A DNA stretch of 64,000 nucleotides from an uncultured Dehalococcoidales bacterium (GCA_964443325.1 CAYUCL010000003.1:100519-164518), one strand, 5' to 3'; shown: positions 26,749-37,291, counted from the first letter of the stretch. Numbers and translations are program-made. The notes: generated from the sequence alone by a model not told the origin.

Positions 26749-27456
26749 CTATTTGCCTCTCTCGCCTTTCTCAGCAAGCTCAGCACGAGTGGGGAAAATG
26801 CCGCAACTCTCCACTTCATCGCAGTATCCGAGGCGGTAACATTTAGGTTTAAGCTCAGCGCCAAGGCGAGGGGCTACCTTCTCTACCTCAGCCTTGATAT
26901 GCTCGAATAGCTCAACGATCTCCCACTGCGCTCTGAGGCAAAGCCGCAATGAGCAAGCGTGAATCAACTCCCGAGCATTCATGGTCATCACTAGCCTGGT
27001 CTCAGCAGCATTAGGAAGTACATAGCGGGCATCCTCTGCTGGAATGCCCACATCGAGCATTTCAAGATAGAGGCGATGGGCAGCGCGAACCATCTCATTA
27101 TACTTAACCCCCCATTCAGGCTTAGCGCTTATGGTAGCAGGAGTGATATAGTTGAACTCCTTTAAAGAAACATATCTCTGACTCTGCTGGGTGTAGCTTG
27201 CCAGCCGATGGCGCACTAGTTGATGGCTGGTTACCCTGGAGATGCCCTCAATGGCGAATGTAAAGCTAGCGTGTTCGAATACCGAAAGATGGCCTGAAGA
27301 AAGAAGCCGGCTTATAAGACGTTCCACTCTGTCAGGGGTTAGCTTTCCCAAAAGCTCGACAGCACTCACCGGGGAAGTAGAAACACGGGCAGCGGCTGCG
27401 ATTGTTCGCTCAGGGTCAGGGGTATAACTTAGTAATACCACGTTTACCATAATCAC
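26749..27456 (-). CDS. thyX: FAD-dependent thymidylate synthase
   Basis: HLSVFEH, SHQLVRHRLASYTQQSQRY, AQWEI. Confidence 0.96.
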   Translation of the reverse strand: MIMVNVVLLSYTPDPERTIAAAARVSTSPVSAVELLGKLTPDRVERLISRLLSSGHLSVFEHASFTFAIEGISRVTSHQLVRHRLASYTQQSQRYVSLKEFNYITPATISAKPEWGVKYNEMVRAAHRLYLEMLDVGIPAEDARYVLPNAAETRLVMTMNARELIHACSLRLCLRAQWEIVELFEHIKAEVEKVAPRLGAELKPKCYRLGYCDEVESCGIFPTRAELAEKGERGK

Positions 27457-27786
27457 ACCAACCTCTGATTAGAGTAGCATTTTACCTTATAGTCTGAGGC
27501 AAGGCAACAAGTCGCATCAATGGATTGCGAACACCTATACATCATAACAAGGATAGCTAGAAGGGAGTCCAGAGGGTACTGACCTCTGGCGGGGTCTGGG
27601 GGTTTCCCCAAGTAATACATCTCAGGGCGGGTGGATGGAAAATACAAGATTACTTCTCTATTGATTCGTAATCGCAGTAAAATAATGGAGGAAAGGCGAT
27701 GTGTTTCCAGCTACCTAGGCGAGAAGAGCTATGTTGTTAAACACTTCTTCAATCCCTATAATAGAAAGGCAACGCATAATAGAGGT

Positions 27787-28182
27787 ATGATAACGCAGAT
27801 GCACTTTGTCGGCGTGGATATAATTGAGATCGAGCGCATCGAAGAAGCGGTAGTGCGATGGGGAGAACGTTTCCTCAACCGAATCTATACAGAGGCAGAA
27901 CTCAGCATCTGTCGAGGGCGCACTCCGGCACTGGCAGTACGTTTTTCCGCCAAAGAGGCGGTGATGAAGGCTTTAGGCACAGGGACTAATGGGGTTGGCT
28001 GGCGGGAAATCGAGGTGCTTTCAAACTCCGATGGTAAACCACTCGTCTATCTTTATGGGGGAGCTCAAAAAAAAGCCGATGAGTTGGGCTTAGTGGATAT
28101 GGACGTCAGCCTCTCCCATTCCAGAGAATATGCCGTCGCCTCGGTAGTTGGAGGAAGAATTGAAAATAGTCACCGTAAATGA
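27787..28182 (+). CDS. acpS: Holo-ACP synthase (start 27787 or 27799)
   Basis: GVDIIEIERI, RFSAKEAVMKALG, GKP, SLSHS. Confidence 0.95.
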   Translation: MITQMHFVGVDIIEIERIEEAVVRWGERFLNRIYTEAELSICRGRTPALAVRFSAKEAVMKALGTGTNGVGWREIEVLSNSDGKPLVYLYGGAQKKADELGLVDMDVSLSHSREYAVASVVGGRIENSHRK

Positions 28183-29719
28183 GATGAAGGAAATCGAGCG
28201 CCGTGCTGCCGAGATTGGCCTTCCCCCGAACGTGCTAATGGAGAACGCCGGGCTCTCCGTCGCCCAAAAGATAAAGGGATGGCTCGGCAATGTGGTCCAG
28301 CAGCAGATTCTCGTCCTCATCGGACCGGGCAATAATGGTGGGGATGGACTGGTTGCAGCCCGCCACCTCCACGACTGGGGAGCAAGAGTTCACATCCACC
28401 TTTGCGCCGAGCGAAGCAACGATGACTCAAACTATGTCATAATCAGAGAGAGAGGTATCCCCTGCACTGCAGCCAGTGAAGATCAGGACTTTTCTAACCT
28501 AGATACCGTACTTTCCTCAAGCGATGTGGTCATCGATGCTCTTTTCGGTACGGGTAAGCTACGCCCTCTTGAAGGTTCCGTTAAGCAGACTCTGACCAGA
28601 TTGAGGCACTTTAAAGAAATGAAGCCCTCCTTGAATGTAATCGCCCTGGACCTGCCCTCAGGGGTGGACGCCGACACTGGAACCGCTGACCCTTCATGTG
28701 TTGCTGCCGATCTTACCATCACCCTGGGCTATCCAAAGCTGGGGCTTTTCTCATTCCCCGGTCGAGACCTGGTGGGGCAACTCATCGTTGGTGACATTGG
28801 CATACCACAAAGCCTGGGTGAGGATATCGCCAACGAGCTGATTACTGATGATTATGTCAAGACAATGCTCCCACAACGACCGCGAAGTGCCCATAAAGGT
28901 ACCTTCGGTCGGGTACTTGTTTGCGCGGGTTCCCTTAATTATATAGGTGCCGCTTACCTAGCCTGCGAGGGGGCGATTCGCGTCGGTGCAGGGCTGGTTA
29001 CACTTGCCGTCGCTCGCAGCCTCCAACCCATTCTGGCAGCAAAGCTCACCGAGGTGACTTACGCACCCTTGCCCGAATCAGAGCCAGGCTTCGTCGATAG
29101 CGAAGCATACGAGGTTCTCCATGAATGGCTTTCAGGCTATGATGTCCTGCTTATAGGGTGTGGATTGAGCCAACATCCGTCAGTGATGGACTTTGTCAGA
29201 AATTCTTTACTCGAGATGCCGCCATCCCTTTCCCCGTCCCTTGTCATTGATGCCGATGCCCTCAATGCCCTTGCTCAGATTCAGGGCTGGTGGCAAAGGC
29301 TCAATCAGAATGCTATACTTACTCCCCACCCAGGGGAAACGTCCCGACTCAGTGGGCTCACCGTTAACCAGATTGAGCGAGAGCGGCTAATGGTGGCAGG
29401 GGAGAAAGCTGCCCTCTGGGATAAGATAGTGGTGCTCAAGGGAGCTCATACAGTAGTAGCTTCACCAAACGGTGAAGCAAAGATTAGCCCTGTAGCTAAC
29501 CCAGGCCTGGCTTCAGCAGGCACTGGTGACGTGCTTGCTGGGGCTATCGCTGGATTGATGGCCCAGGGGCTTACACCCTTTGACGCCGCCTCCTGTGGCG
29601 TCTATTTGCATGGAGCAGCGGCGGAGTCTGTTGGAGCTGAGCTTGGCGATGCTGGCATGGTTGCCAGCGATCTGCTGCCCGCGTTGCCCAAGGTTATCAA
29701 GAAAATCAAGGAAGGTTAA
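28160..29719 (+). CDS. nnr: Bifunctional NAD(P)H-hydrate epimerase/dehydratase (YjeF)
   Basis: LMENAG, GPGNNGGDG, DALFGTG, DLPSG, HKGTFG, DADALN, TPHPGE, LKGAHT, AGTGDVLAG; GGAGG-N5-TTG start. Confidence 0.93.
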   Translation: MKIVTVNEMKEIERRAAEIGLPPNVLMENAGLSVAQKIKGWLGNVVQQQILVLIGPGNNGGDGLVAARHLHDWGARVHIHLCAERSNDDSNYVIIRERGIPCTAASEDQDFSNLDTVLSSSDVVIDALFGTGKLRPLEGSVKQTLTRLRHFKEMKPSLNVIALDLPSGVDADTGTADPSCVAADLTITLGYPKLGLFSFPGRDLVGQLIVGDIGIPQSLGEDIANELITDDYVKTMLPQRPRSAHKGTFGRVLVCAGSLNYIGAAYLACEGAIRVGAGLVTLAVARSLQPILAAKLTEVTYAPLPESEPGFVDSEAYEVLHEWLSGYDVLLIGCGLSQHPSVMDFVRNSLLEMPPSLSPSLVIDADALNALAQIQGWWQRLNQNAILTPHPGETSRLSGLTVNQIERERLMVAGEKAALWDKIVVLKGAHTVVASPNGEAKISPVANPGLASAGTGDVLAGAIAGLMAQGLTPFDAASCGVYLHGAAAESVGAELGDAGMVASDLLPALPKVIKKIKEG

Positions 29720-29724
29720 GCGAG

Positions 29725-30498
29725 ATGTTACTGGCACTCGACATAGGAAATACAAACATTGCCTTTGGCATCTTCGAAGAGGAGACGCTTCGGGCTAAGT
29801 GGAGTATTGCCACCGATCTTAACAAGACAGCCGATGAGTACGCCGTGCTGCTTTTGAACCTGCTGCCGCAAGAGAGTCTTGCCCTCTCTGACATCGACCA
29901 TACTGTCATCTGTAGCGTCGTGCCTCCACTGGATCCAGTTATCGATGAATTGAGCCAGCGCTACCTTCGAACGTCACCCCTTGTCGTAAGCCCTGGGATT
30001 AAAACCGGGGTGCGCCTCGGCATTGACAATCCTCGTGAGGTTGGTGCCGACCGTGTGGTAAATGCCGCTGCGGCCCACCGAATCTACAGTGGTCCCATTA
30101 TCATCATCGATTTTGGCACTGCCACCACTCTTGACGCAATCTCTGAAGACGGCGATTATCTCGGCGGCGCTATTGCTCCAGGCATTGGCATTGCTGCAGA
30201 AGCCCTTTTCACCCGAGCATCGAAGCTGCCAAGAATCGAGCTGATTCCCCCCGAACATGCGATCGGCCGAAATACGGTAACGGCAATGCAATCAGGGGTA
30301 ATGTTCGGTTATGTGGGACTGGTCGAAAGTTTAGTATCTCGTATTCGGCAAGAATTAGGCGGTAAGGTAAAAGTAGTGGCCACCGGTGGTCTTGCCTATG
30401 TGATCGCCAAGGAAACCAAGGTTATAGATGAGGTGAACCCCAACCTCACCCTTTTAGGATTACGATTCATCCACGAGATGAATAGATCGGGGGAGTAA
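29725..30498 (+). CDS. coaX: Type III pantothenate kinase
   Basis: LDIGNTN, EVGADR, IDFGTATT, GGAIAPG, ATGG. Confidence 0.95.
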   Translation: MLLALDIGNTNIAFGIFEEETLRAKWSIATDLNKTADEYAVLLLNLLPQESLALSDIDHTVICSVVPPLDPVIDELSQRYLRTSPLVVSPGIKTGVRLGIDNPREVGADRVVNAAAAHRIYSGPIIIIDFGTATTLDAISEDGDYLGGAIAPGIGIAAEALFTRASKLPRIELIPPEHAIGRNTVTAMQSGVMFGYVGLVESLVSRIRQELGGKVKVVATGGLAYVIAKETKVIDEVNPNLTLLGLRFIHEMNRSGE

Positions 30499-31694
30499 TG
30501 ATTAGGGAAAAGAATATTGTTCTCGGTGTTACCGGCAGCATAGCTGCCTACAAGGCGGTGGAGCTTGCCAGTAAGCTTACTAAAGAGGAAGCCATAGTTA
30601 CTGTGGTGATGACCAGCTCGGCTAAAGAGTTTGTCACGCCAATGACCTTCCGCACCATCACCCAGCAATCAGTGGTTAGTGAGATGTTCGATCCCGCCTC
30701 TGAGTTCAGTGTTGCGCATATAGCTTTGGCGGAACGGGCAGACTTGGTGGTCATCGCTCCCGCTACTGCAAATGTCATGGCCAAGCTGGCGTGCGGAATC
30801 GCCGATGACATGCTCTGCTGCACCGTGCTCGCCACCAAGGCCCCTGTAATCATTGCCCCAGCGATGCATTCAAATATGTATGAAAACCAGGTCACTCAGG
30901 AGAACGTCTCCAATCTTAAGGCCAGAGGTTTCACCTTCGTCGGCCCTACCTATGGCCGTCTCGCCGGTGGAGCCTACGGATTGGGCCGATTTGCCGAAAT
31001 CGAAGACATCTTGGGCACGATTCATCAGGTGCTGGGAAGAGGTGGCGATCTGGCAGGGAGACGAATCGTGGTCAGCGCTGGTGGAACTCGAGAGACCATC
31101 GACCCGGTTCGCATTATCGGCAATCGCTCCTCAGGAAAGATGGGCTATGCCGTGGCTGAGGCCGCCCGCGACCGCGGGGCAGATGTGTTCCTGGTGAGCG
31201 CCCCAACTGCCCTCAACTCTCCTGTTGGCATAGAGGTTGCTCAGGTGGAGACCACAATCCAGATGCGAGACGCCATCGTAAATTCCACGGTTCAGGCGGA
31301 CGCGCTAATCATGGCGGCCGCCCCCTCCGACTTCCGCCCGGTTTCCACCGCAGAAAGCAAGATCAAGAGGAAAGCCGAAAAGATCACCCTGGAGCTGGTG
31401 GAAAACCCCGACATCCTCGGCGCGGTCAGAAGCGACCTCATCCGGGTTGGCTTTGCTGCCGAAAGCGAGAACGTGGTTGAAAACGCCACCGAGAAGTTAA
31501 AGAGGAAAAACCTCGACCTCATCGCCGCCAATGACATTACTGCCACCGATAGCGGCTTTGACGTCGATACCAACAAGGTGGTAATCATCGACCGCGAAGG
31601 TAATCTGGACGACCTGCCCCTGATGTCCAAATACGAGGTCGCCAATCGCATCCTGGACAAGGTAGTGGAATTGTTGCCAAAAGAGTCCGTTTAG
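30498..31694 (+). CDS. coaBC: Phosphopantothenoylcysteine decarboxylase/synthetase
   Basis: GVTGSIAAYKA, PATAN, PAMHSNM, DPVRIIGNRSSGKMG, GFAAES. Confidence 0.96.
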   Translation: MIREKNIVLGVTGSIAAYKAVELASKLTKEEAIVTVVMTSSAKEFVTPMTFRTITQQSVVSEMFDPASEFSVAHIALAERADLVVIAPATANVMAKLACGIADDMLCCTVLATKAPVIIAPAMHSNMYENQVTQENVSNLKARGFTFVGPTYGRLAGGAYGLGRFAEIEDILGTIHQVLGRGGDLAGRRIVVSAGGTRETIDPVRIIGNRSSGKMGYAVAEAARDRGADVFLVSAPTALNSPVGIEVAQVETTIQMRDAIVNSTVQADALIMAAAPSDFRPVSTAESKIKRKAEKITLELVENPDILGAVRSDLIRVGFAAESENVVENATEKLKRKNLDLIAANDITATDSGFDVDTNKVVIIDREGNLDDLPLMSKYEVANRILDKVVELLPKESV

Positions 31695-31698
31695 AAAT

Positions 31699-31749
31699 GT
31701 AGCGCGAGGCTTTAGCCTCGCTTAAAGCGACCCTGAAGGGTCGCGCTAC
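31699..31749. repeat. GTAG-type REP-like double-hairpin element
   Basis: GTAGCGCGA...TCGCGCTAC termini; hairpins GCGAGGCT-TT-AGCCTCGC and GCGACCCT-GA-AGGGTCGC; second copy at 56202. Confidence 0.8.
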
Positions 31750-31901
31750 AGAAATGCCCAAAATTGAGCGGAAAATCAAAATTAAACACCCTCGCCAGAA
31801 ACCTAGGAGGTGAAACTACGCCCTTTGAAGAGATTGCGAAATCATTGATGGCGGGCTTCAAAACTACCGCCGATAGCCGATATTAGCAGGGGGAAAAGCT
31901 C

Positions 31902-32645
31902 TTATCCTATTTGGTTAGTGTTTATAGCTAGTTTCTGTGCCAGCGTCCGCGCGTTTTGTATGGCATATCCCTCGGCATCGTTGTTGAAGTAGATATAGAC
32001 CGCATCCAGGTCTTTCGCCAGCCCTGAAATCCTTCTTGCCCAGTTTTCAAGCTCCTCTTCAGAGTAGCAGCTATAGTATAGTCCGCTTGAGCCATGAAAG
32101 CGGATGTAGGCGAAATCCGCCGTAGCCAGCAACGGGCAAGCGAGGCCGGGCATGTCGAAGACACAGAAGCCTACATTGTGCTTGCGCAGTATGTCGAAAA
32201 CCCCCTCATCAAGCCAGGACTCATGGCGAAACTCCAAGACATGACTAAGCTCCTTGGGCAAGAGGGAGAGAAAGTTTTCAAGCCTCTCGTCGTTTCGATG
32301 CATATTTGGCGGAAGCTGGTAGAGCAAAGGCCCCAGCTTTTCCCCAAGAAGGCGCGCCCTCGATAGAAAGGTCTGTATCGGCTCCTCGACATCCTTGAGC
32401 CGCTTGATGTGGGTTATGAAGCGGCTAACCTTAACCGCATAGATAAAGCCCTCGGGGGAGGTCTGGCGCCAGTTCGAAAATGCCTTCTCTGTGGGCAGTC
32501 GGTAGAAGCTGTTATTCAGTTCAACTGTGGCGAAATGTTGGCAGTAGAATTCCAGCCACTTAGACTGCGCCAGCTTTGGCGGATAGAACACCTCCCTCCA
32601 TTGCCGATAGACCCAACCGCTTGTCCCGATGAAATATCTGGCCAA
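31902..32645 (-). CDS. DUF72 (YecE-like) family protein
   Basis: IGTSGW, VELNNSFY, VKVSRFITH, LYQLPP, EFRHESW, YIRFHG, YFNND. Confidence 0.9.
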   Translation of the reverse strand: MARYFIGTSGWVYRQWREVFYPPKLAQSKWLEFYCQHFATVELNNSFYRLPTEKAFSNWRQTSPEGFIYAVKVSRFITHIKRLKDVEEPIQTFLSRARLLGEKLGPLLYQLPPNMHRNDERLENFLSLLPKELSHVLEFRHESWLDEGVFDILRKHNVGFCVFDMPGLACPLLATADFAYIRFHGSSGLYYSCYSEEELENWARRISGLAKDLDAVYIYFNNDAEGYAIQNARTLAQKLAINTNQIG

Positions 32646-32789
32646 ACCTTATCACCTCGCCATCTTGAATTATATGCCACTCCAATATCGCCATCAACCT
32701 TGATAGCCTCCTCCTTTTATGGTAGATTTCCAATAGCAAAGACTAGCATAAAATCGCCTGAGATGATGGCAGTAATCGTCAGGTTAGTT

Positions 32790-33428
32790 ATGAATCTGGA
32801 AGAGAGCCGAGAAAGACTAATCCGACACCTTAGCCGTGATATACATGACAAGAGGGTGCTTGATGCTATGCGCCGAGTGCCACGTGAGCTTTTCGTTCCC
32901 CAAGCAGAGCGTCACCTTGCCTACGATGACAGACCGCTACCCATCGGTGAGGGGCAAACCATCTCTCAGCCATTTATCGTCGCCCTGATGACCCAGGCAT
33001 TGAAACTTACTGGAACGGAAAAGGTTCTAGAGCTAGGCTCTGGAAGTGGCTATCAGGCAGCCATCCTTGCTGAACTGGCACGACAGGTGATCACTGTGGA
33101 GCGACTGCAAAATCTTGCTGACACTGCCCGACAGACACTGAAGAAAATGGGCTATACCAATGTACAGGTTTACCTTGCCGAGAAAACCATCGGCTGGCAA
33201 GCCAAGGCACCATACGAAGCAATCATGGTAACCGCCGGCGCGCCGCAGATCCCCCCAAAGCTACTCGAACAGCTAACAGTGGGCGGTCGTATGGTTATCC
33301 CTGTCGGCTCCATGTGGGATCAGGATCTGCTTCAAGTAACCAAGCAAAAGAAAGGGTTCACCGTTAATAATTTAACCCCCTGCCGCTTCGTACCCCTTAT
33401 CGGCGAGGGAGCCTGGAGCGGTGATTAG
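32790..33428 (+). CDS. pcm: Protein-L-isoaspartate O-methyltransferase
   Basis: VPRELFVP, AYDDRPLPIG..QTISQP, VLELGSGSGYQAA, VTAGA, CRFVPL. The ORF-track N-terminal extension overlaps the DUF72 gene and is rejected. Confidence 0.93.
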   Translation: MNLEESRERLIRHLSRDIHDKRVLDAMRRVPRELFVPQAERHLAYDDRPLPIGEGQTISQPFIVALMTQALKLTGTEKVLELGSGSGYQAAILAELARQVITVERLQNLADTARQTLKKMGYTNVQVYLAEKTIGWQAKAPYEAIMVTAGAPQIPPKLLEQLTVGGRMVIPVGSMWDQDLLQVTKQKKGFTVNNLTPCRFVPLIGEGAWSGD

Positions 33429-33461
33429 ATGAGCTTTGGCCTGAGAAGGCTTGGAATCAAG

Positions 33462-34058
33462 CTATGAGGCTCTCTCCACATGTCGCGGCCAAAGGGCTAT
33501 AACGATGAGCGCCCCCAGCCCAACGCCAGCGATGACAGCGCCGACCCAACCCAATAGACACAGCACAGTAACAATCACCCCGGACAAGAGTACCCCCAGG
33601 GAAATTGACAGCATGGCATCCCTAAATCTCATCCCAAGCAAAAATGCGACCATTGAACCGGTCCATGCACCCGTCACCGGCAAGGGGATGGAGACGAAGA
33701 GCATAAGCCCAATCCGCCCATATCTTTCTACAAGCCTTCCTCGCTGCTGCGCCAGGCCTAAAACCCACTCCAGTGCATTCCCAACAATGCCAATTTTGGC
33801 GGCGACTCGCCTCACAAAGCCTAGAAAGATAAGAAGAAAGGGTACGGGAAGAATGTTGCCAACAAGAGCGATGGGGCAGGCATAATACCATGGGATATGG
33901 AAAATGTTTATCGCTACCGGCAGTGCACCCCTGAGTTCCACTATGGGGAGCATCGAGACGATAAACACGATCAGTGTTTCTGAAATCCCTAAGTTTTGTA
34001 AGCTCTCGAACACAGTTATCCTATCGGCACAATACCATGAGCGGGAAAACCCCGTCAA
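33462..34058 (-). CDS. Small multidrug export-type membrane protein (COG2426)
   Basis: SMLPIVELRGALP, GNILPVP, FVSIPLPVTGAWTG. Confidence 0.8.
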   Translation of the reverse strand: MTGFSRSWYCADRITVFESLQNLGISETLIVFIVSMLPIVELRGALPVAINIFHIPWYYACPIALVGNILPVPFLLIFLGFVRRVAAKIGIVGNALEWVLGLAQQRGRLVERYGRIGLMLFVSIPLPVTGAWTGSMVAFLLGMRFRDAMLSISLGVLLSGVIVTVLCLLGWVGAVIAGVGLGALIVIALWPRHVERAS

Positions 34059-34154
34059 GTCAACTGATGCCCCCAGCCATTGTCATATTTTGAAATGTCT
34101 GCTACATTATACTGGCGAGGAATTGCCAAGAGAAGCAAAAAGAAAGGCAGAACA

Positions 34155-34433
34155 GTGGAAACGGCATTAGTCATATTCTTGCTCGCCTTTATTTCGTTCT
34201 GGGGTTTGCTGACCATCGGTCAAATCATATTCGGCACGATTTACATACGGCGATACAAGAGATTGCACGGTCGCTATCCGAAGCGCGAAGACATGCGTTG
34301 GTGGGTGTGGCAGCTTCTTAATCCCGTGGCTTGGCGAAGCAGAGGTATCTTCGTACCTACGGGTCGCCGACGTGATAAACGTGGCGATGCCGCAGGCGAC
34401 GGAGGAGGCAGTAGTGATAATGGTGGCCCATAG
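34155..34433 (+). CDS. Small hypothetical membrane protein
   Basis: AGAAAGG SD then GTG; hydrophobic N-terminal helix followed by a basic segment. Confidence 0.5.
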   Translation: METALVIFLLAFISFWGLLTIGQIIFGTIYIRRYKRLHGRYPKREDMRWWVWQLLNPVAWRSRGIFVPTGRRRDKRGDAAGDGGGSSDNGGP

Positions 34434-34555
34434 GCTAACGGCAACGTTAGTTTGGTTGCAGGGCAACCAGGAAGCCAGCAAGCCTACCACCATCGTATTA
34501 AACATCGACCACCATCCTTGCCGTGCCGTTAAAACACTGCTATACTACTTCTAGC

Positions 34556-36016
34556 ATGGATTATGAGACGGTCATCGGTCTGGAGGTTCATTCGCAGCTA
34601 CTGACAGAGAGCAAGATGTTCTGTAGTTGCAGCGCAGACTACATAAATGCTGCCCCTAACACTCATGTTTGCCCCGTTTGCCTGGGCATGCCCGGTGTTC
34701 TACCTGTAATAAACCAGCAAGCATTGGAATACACAGTAATGACAGCGCTTGCCTTAAACTGTACCATCCCCGAATATACCAAGTTCGACCGAAAGAACTA
34801 CCCTTATCCCGATCTCATGAAAGGCTATCAAATCTCTCAGTATGACACTCCTATAAGCATCGATGGGTGGATGGACATCGAGATTGAAATTGAACAAAAG
34901 AGGATCGAGATCACCCGAGTTCACCTTGAGGAGGACACGGCAAAACTACTTCACCGCCATACGCCAGAGGGGGAGTCTTATAGTCTGATGGATGTCAATC
35001 GTTCTGGTGTGCCTCTTATGGAAATCGTAAGTGAGCCTGATCTACGCTCACCTGAGGAGGCGCGACAATACCTGATCAAGCTGCATACCATCCTCCAGTT
35101 TCTCGGCGTCTCCACCGGGAATATGGAGGACGGTAGCTTCAGGTGTGATGCCAATATAAGTATTCGGCCGCTCGGCAGAACCGATTACGCAGCCAAGGTC
35201 GAAGTTAAGAATATGAACAGCTTCAGAGCTGTTTATCGTGCCCTTGAATACGAGGAGAAGAGGCAGAAAGAGGTACTTGAGGCAGGAGGAACCATCGCTC
35301 AAGAAACCAGAGGCTGGATTGAGGAAAGAGAAGTCACAGTATCGCAGCGGAGCAAAGAGTATGCCCATGACTATCGGTATTTCCCTGAGCCTGATCTCCC
35401 TCCAATGGCGTTCAGCCGTACCTGGGTTGAAGAGCTTAGAGCCAGACTCCCCGAGCTTCCCGATGCTAGGCGCAATAGATTTACACAGCAGTATGGCCTA
35501 CCGGTTTATGATGCCAGCCTACTAACCACCTCTAAAGCGATGGCTGATTACTTCGAAGGCTGCATCAGCCTGATTGAGGGCCCAAATCTTGAAAAGAGAG
35601 CTAAAGCAGTAAGCAACTGGCTTCTCGGCGATTTCACCAGGTTGCTACACTCTACAGGCAACGACATCAGCGACTGCAAGGTAACATCCAAGCATCTGAT
35701 GGAGATGCTGGACCTCATCGATCATGGGAGGCTTAGTGGTGCCGCAGCCAAGACAGTCCTTGAAGATATGTTCACTGATGGCAAGCGCGCCAGCGAGATC
35801 ATTGCCGAAAAAGGGCTTACTCAAATAAGCGATACCAAGGAGGTGGCGGACATTATAGCCCAGGTAATTGCCAGCAATGCGCAGGCGGTGGCCGACTTCA
35901 ATAAGGGAAAGGAAAAGGCACTGACCTTTCTGGTAGGGCAGGTGATGAGACAGACAAAGGGGCGGGCCAATGCCTCATTGGTAAATGAACTCTTGAAGGA
36001 GAAACTGGAAGGTTAG
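34556..36016 (+). CDS. gatB: Asp-tRNA(Asn)/Glu-tRNA(Gln) amidotransferase subunit B
   Basis: VIGLEVHSQL, CPVCLGMPG, RKNYPYPD, HLEED, RCDANIS, YRYFPEPDL, VGQVM. Confidence 0.97.
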   Translation: MDYETVIGLEVHSQLLTESKMFCSCSADYINAAPNTHVCPVCLGMPGVLPVINQQALEYTVMTALALNCTIPEYTKFDRKNYPYPDLMKGYQISQYDTPISIDGWMDIEIEIEQKRIEITRVHLEEDTAKLLHRHTPEGESYSLMDVNRSGVPLMEIVSEPDLRSPEEARQYLIKLHTILQFLGVSTGNMEDGSFRCDANISIRPLGRTDYAAKVEVKNMNSFRAVYRALEYEEKRQKEVLEAGGTIAQETRGWIEEREVTVSQRSKEYAHDYRYFPEPDLPPMAFSRTWVEELRARLPELPDARRNRFTQQYGLPVYDASLLTTSKAMADYFEGCISLIEGPNLEKRAKAVSNWLLGDFTRLLHSTGNDISDCKVTSKHLMEMLDLIDHGRLSGAAAKTVLEDMFTDGKRASEIIAEKGLTQISDTKEVADIIAQVIASNAQAVADFNKGKEKALTFLVGQVMRQTKGRANASLVNELLKEKLEG

Positions 36017-36018
36017 CC

Positions 36019-36240
36019 ATGCTGAGCTATCTCAATATCGCTCAAATCATCATAGCTATAGTCTTGATTGCTGCCATCATGCTCCAGGTGAGGGGGGGCG
36101 GACTGGGAGGCATCTTCGGCACCCAGACGGGCACGTACCGCACCAAGAGAGGGATAGAGAAAACGCTGTTTCAGATCACCATCATCCTCGCCGTGATCTT
36201 TATCATCATCGCTATATTCGCTGTTCGTGTTGCCGGTTAG
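36019..36240 (+). CDS. secG: Preprotein translocase subunit SecG
   Basis: 73 aa, two TM helices, GGGLGGIFG, RTKRGIEK. Confidence 0.9.
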   Translation: MLSYLNIAQIIIAIVLIAAIMLQVRGGGLGGIFGTQTGTYRTKRGIEKTLFQITIILAVIFIIIAIFAVRVAG

Positions 36241-36244
36241 CATT

Positions 36245-37066
36245 ATGGGCGTAATTACACTGACCACTGACTTTGGCCTGCAAGACCCTTATGTGGCAGC
36301 GGCAAAGGGTGTGATCCTCAGTATCAATCCCAAAGTTGATATCATAGACATCAGCCATGCCATTGAGCCACAGAATATCGCTCAGGCTGCCTTTTTATTG
36401 AGCACCACCTATCATTATTTTCCCAAAGGCACCATCCATGTTGCTGTCGTTGATCCCGAGGTGGGCACCGAACGAAAGGCAGTGCTGTTAGTTACGCCAT
36501 CAGCCTTCTTTCTTGCTCCAGACAACGGTCTTCTCAGCTACATAATAGACGAAACTCCTCCTGATACCATACAGGTCTTTGCCCTTACAAATCCCCGTTA
36601 CTTGCTTTCAACCGTTAGCGATACCTTTCACTGTCGTGACATCTTTGCTCCCGCAGCCGCCCACCTATCTCGGGGCATTTCACCAGACGAGTTTGGCGAG
36701 ATTATTCACTCAATCTATGCATTTCCCATTTCCCGACCTCAGGTTAGCGAAGACGGAGTGCTTATAGGTCATATCCTTCACATCGACCACTTTGGCAATC
36801 TAATCACCGACATCAAGAAGAACAACCTCCCCAGAGGCAGGATCTTCATTGAGGTTCACGGTCACATCATAGATGATCTGAGCCGGACCTATGCCGATGA
36901 AGATGAAAACGAGCTGCTAGCGCTTATCGGCAGCAGCGGAAATCTGGAAATATCGGTGAGCAATGACAATGCCGCCAGGTTTCTTCAAGCCAAAATGGGC
37001 GATGACGTAAAGGTGGGGATCAACAAATCATCACTGAGACAGATTAGCAGCAGGGCAGCCGAGTAA
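36245..37066 (+). CDS. DUF62 family SAM hydroxide adenosyltransferase (SAM hydrolase; halogenase superfamily)
   Basis: ITLTTDFG, VVDPEVGTER, APDNG, TFHCRD, IDHFGNLIT, IGSSGNLEI. Confidence 0.85.
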   Translation: MGVITLTTDFGLQDPYVAAAKGVILSINPKVDIIDISHAIEPQNIAQAAFLLSTTYHYFPKGTIHVAVVDPEVGTERKAVLLVTPSAFFLAPDNGLLSYIIDETPPDTIQVFALTNPRYLLSTVSDTFHCRDIFAPAAAHLSRGISPDEFGEIIHSIYAFPISRPQVSEDGVLIGHILHIDHFGNLITDIKKNNLPRGRIFIEVHGHIIDDLSRTYADEDENELLALIGSSGNLEISVSNDNAARFLQAKMGDDVKVGINKSSLRQISSRAAE

Positions 37067-37291
37067 TTAGATAAAGCTCAATATAATAATATCCCTAGGG
37101 GGTAGATGCGCCCCCGTCTTCTTTCAAGACTATGATTGCGACAGATGAAGGTTATCGAAGATAGCTTTAGAGAATGAGCCATAATACATCCCTCAAGCAG
37201 CAAGCATTATCCTGTAGTACACTCCTGCGCATTGACCCTAACGTATATGTACATCTGAAGTGCTGCTGGATGCATGTAGCAATCTCCAACA

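Noticed and set aside
27570-27640. CCAGAGG-N7-CCTCTGG hairpin with a GGGGTCTGGGGG tract, possibly another repeat family
   Set aside because: Single copy in the window, so it cannot be supported as a repeat.
32409-32789. Long N-terminal extension of Pcm
   Set aside because: Antisense overlap with the DUF72 gene; homology begins near 32790.
36245-37066. Possible fluorinase/chlorinase (halogenating enzyme)
   Set aside because: The Asp (VVDP), Arg (GTER) and His (TFH) triad of DUF62 SAM hydrolases is present and there is no secondary-metabolite context. TFHCRD instead of TFHGRD is noted but is not enough.
37067-37291. Possible ncRNA (6S-like) or riboswitch before the prenyltransferase
   Set aside because: Only a short GGGGG/CCCCC stem is present; no recognisable conserved motif.
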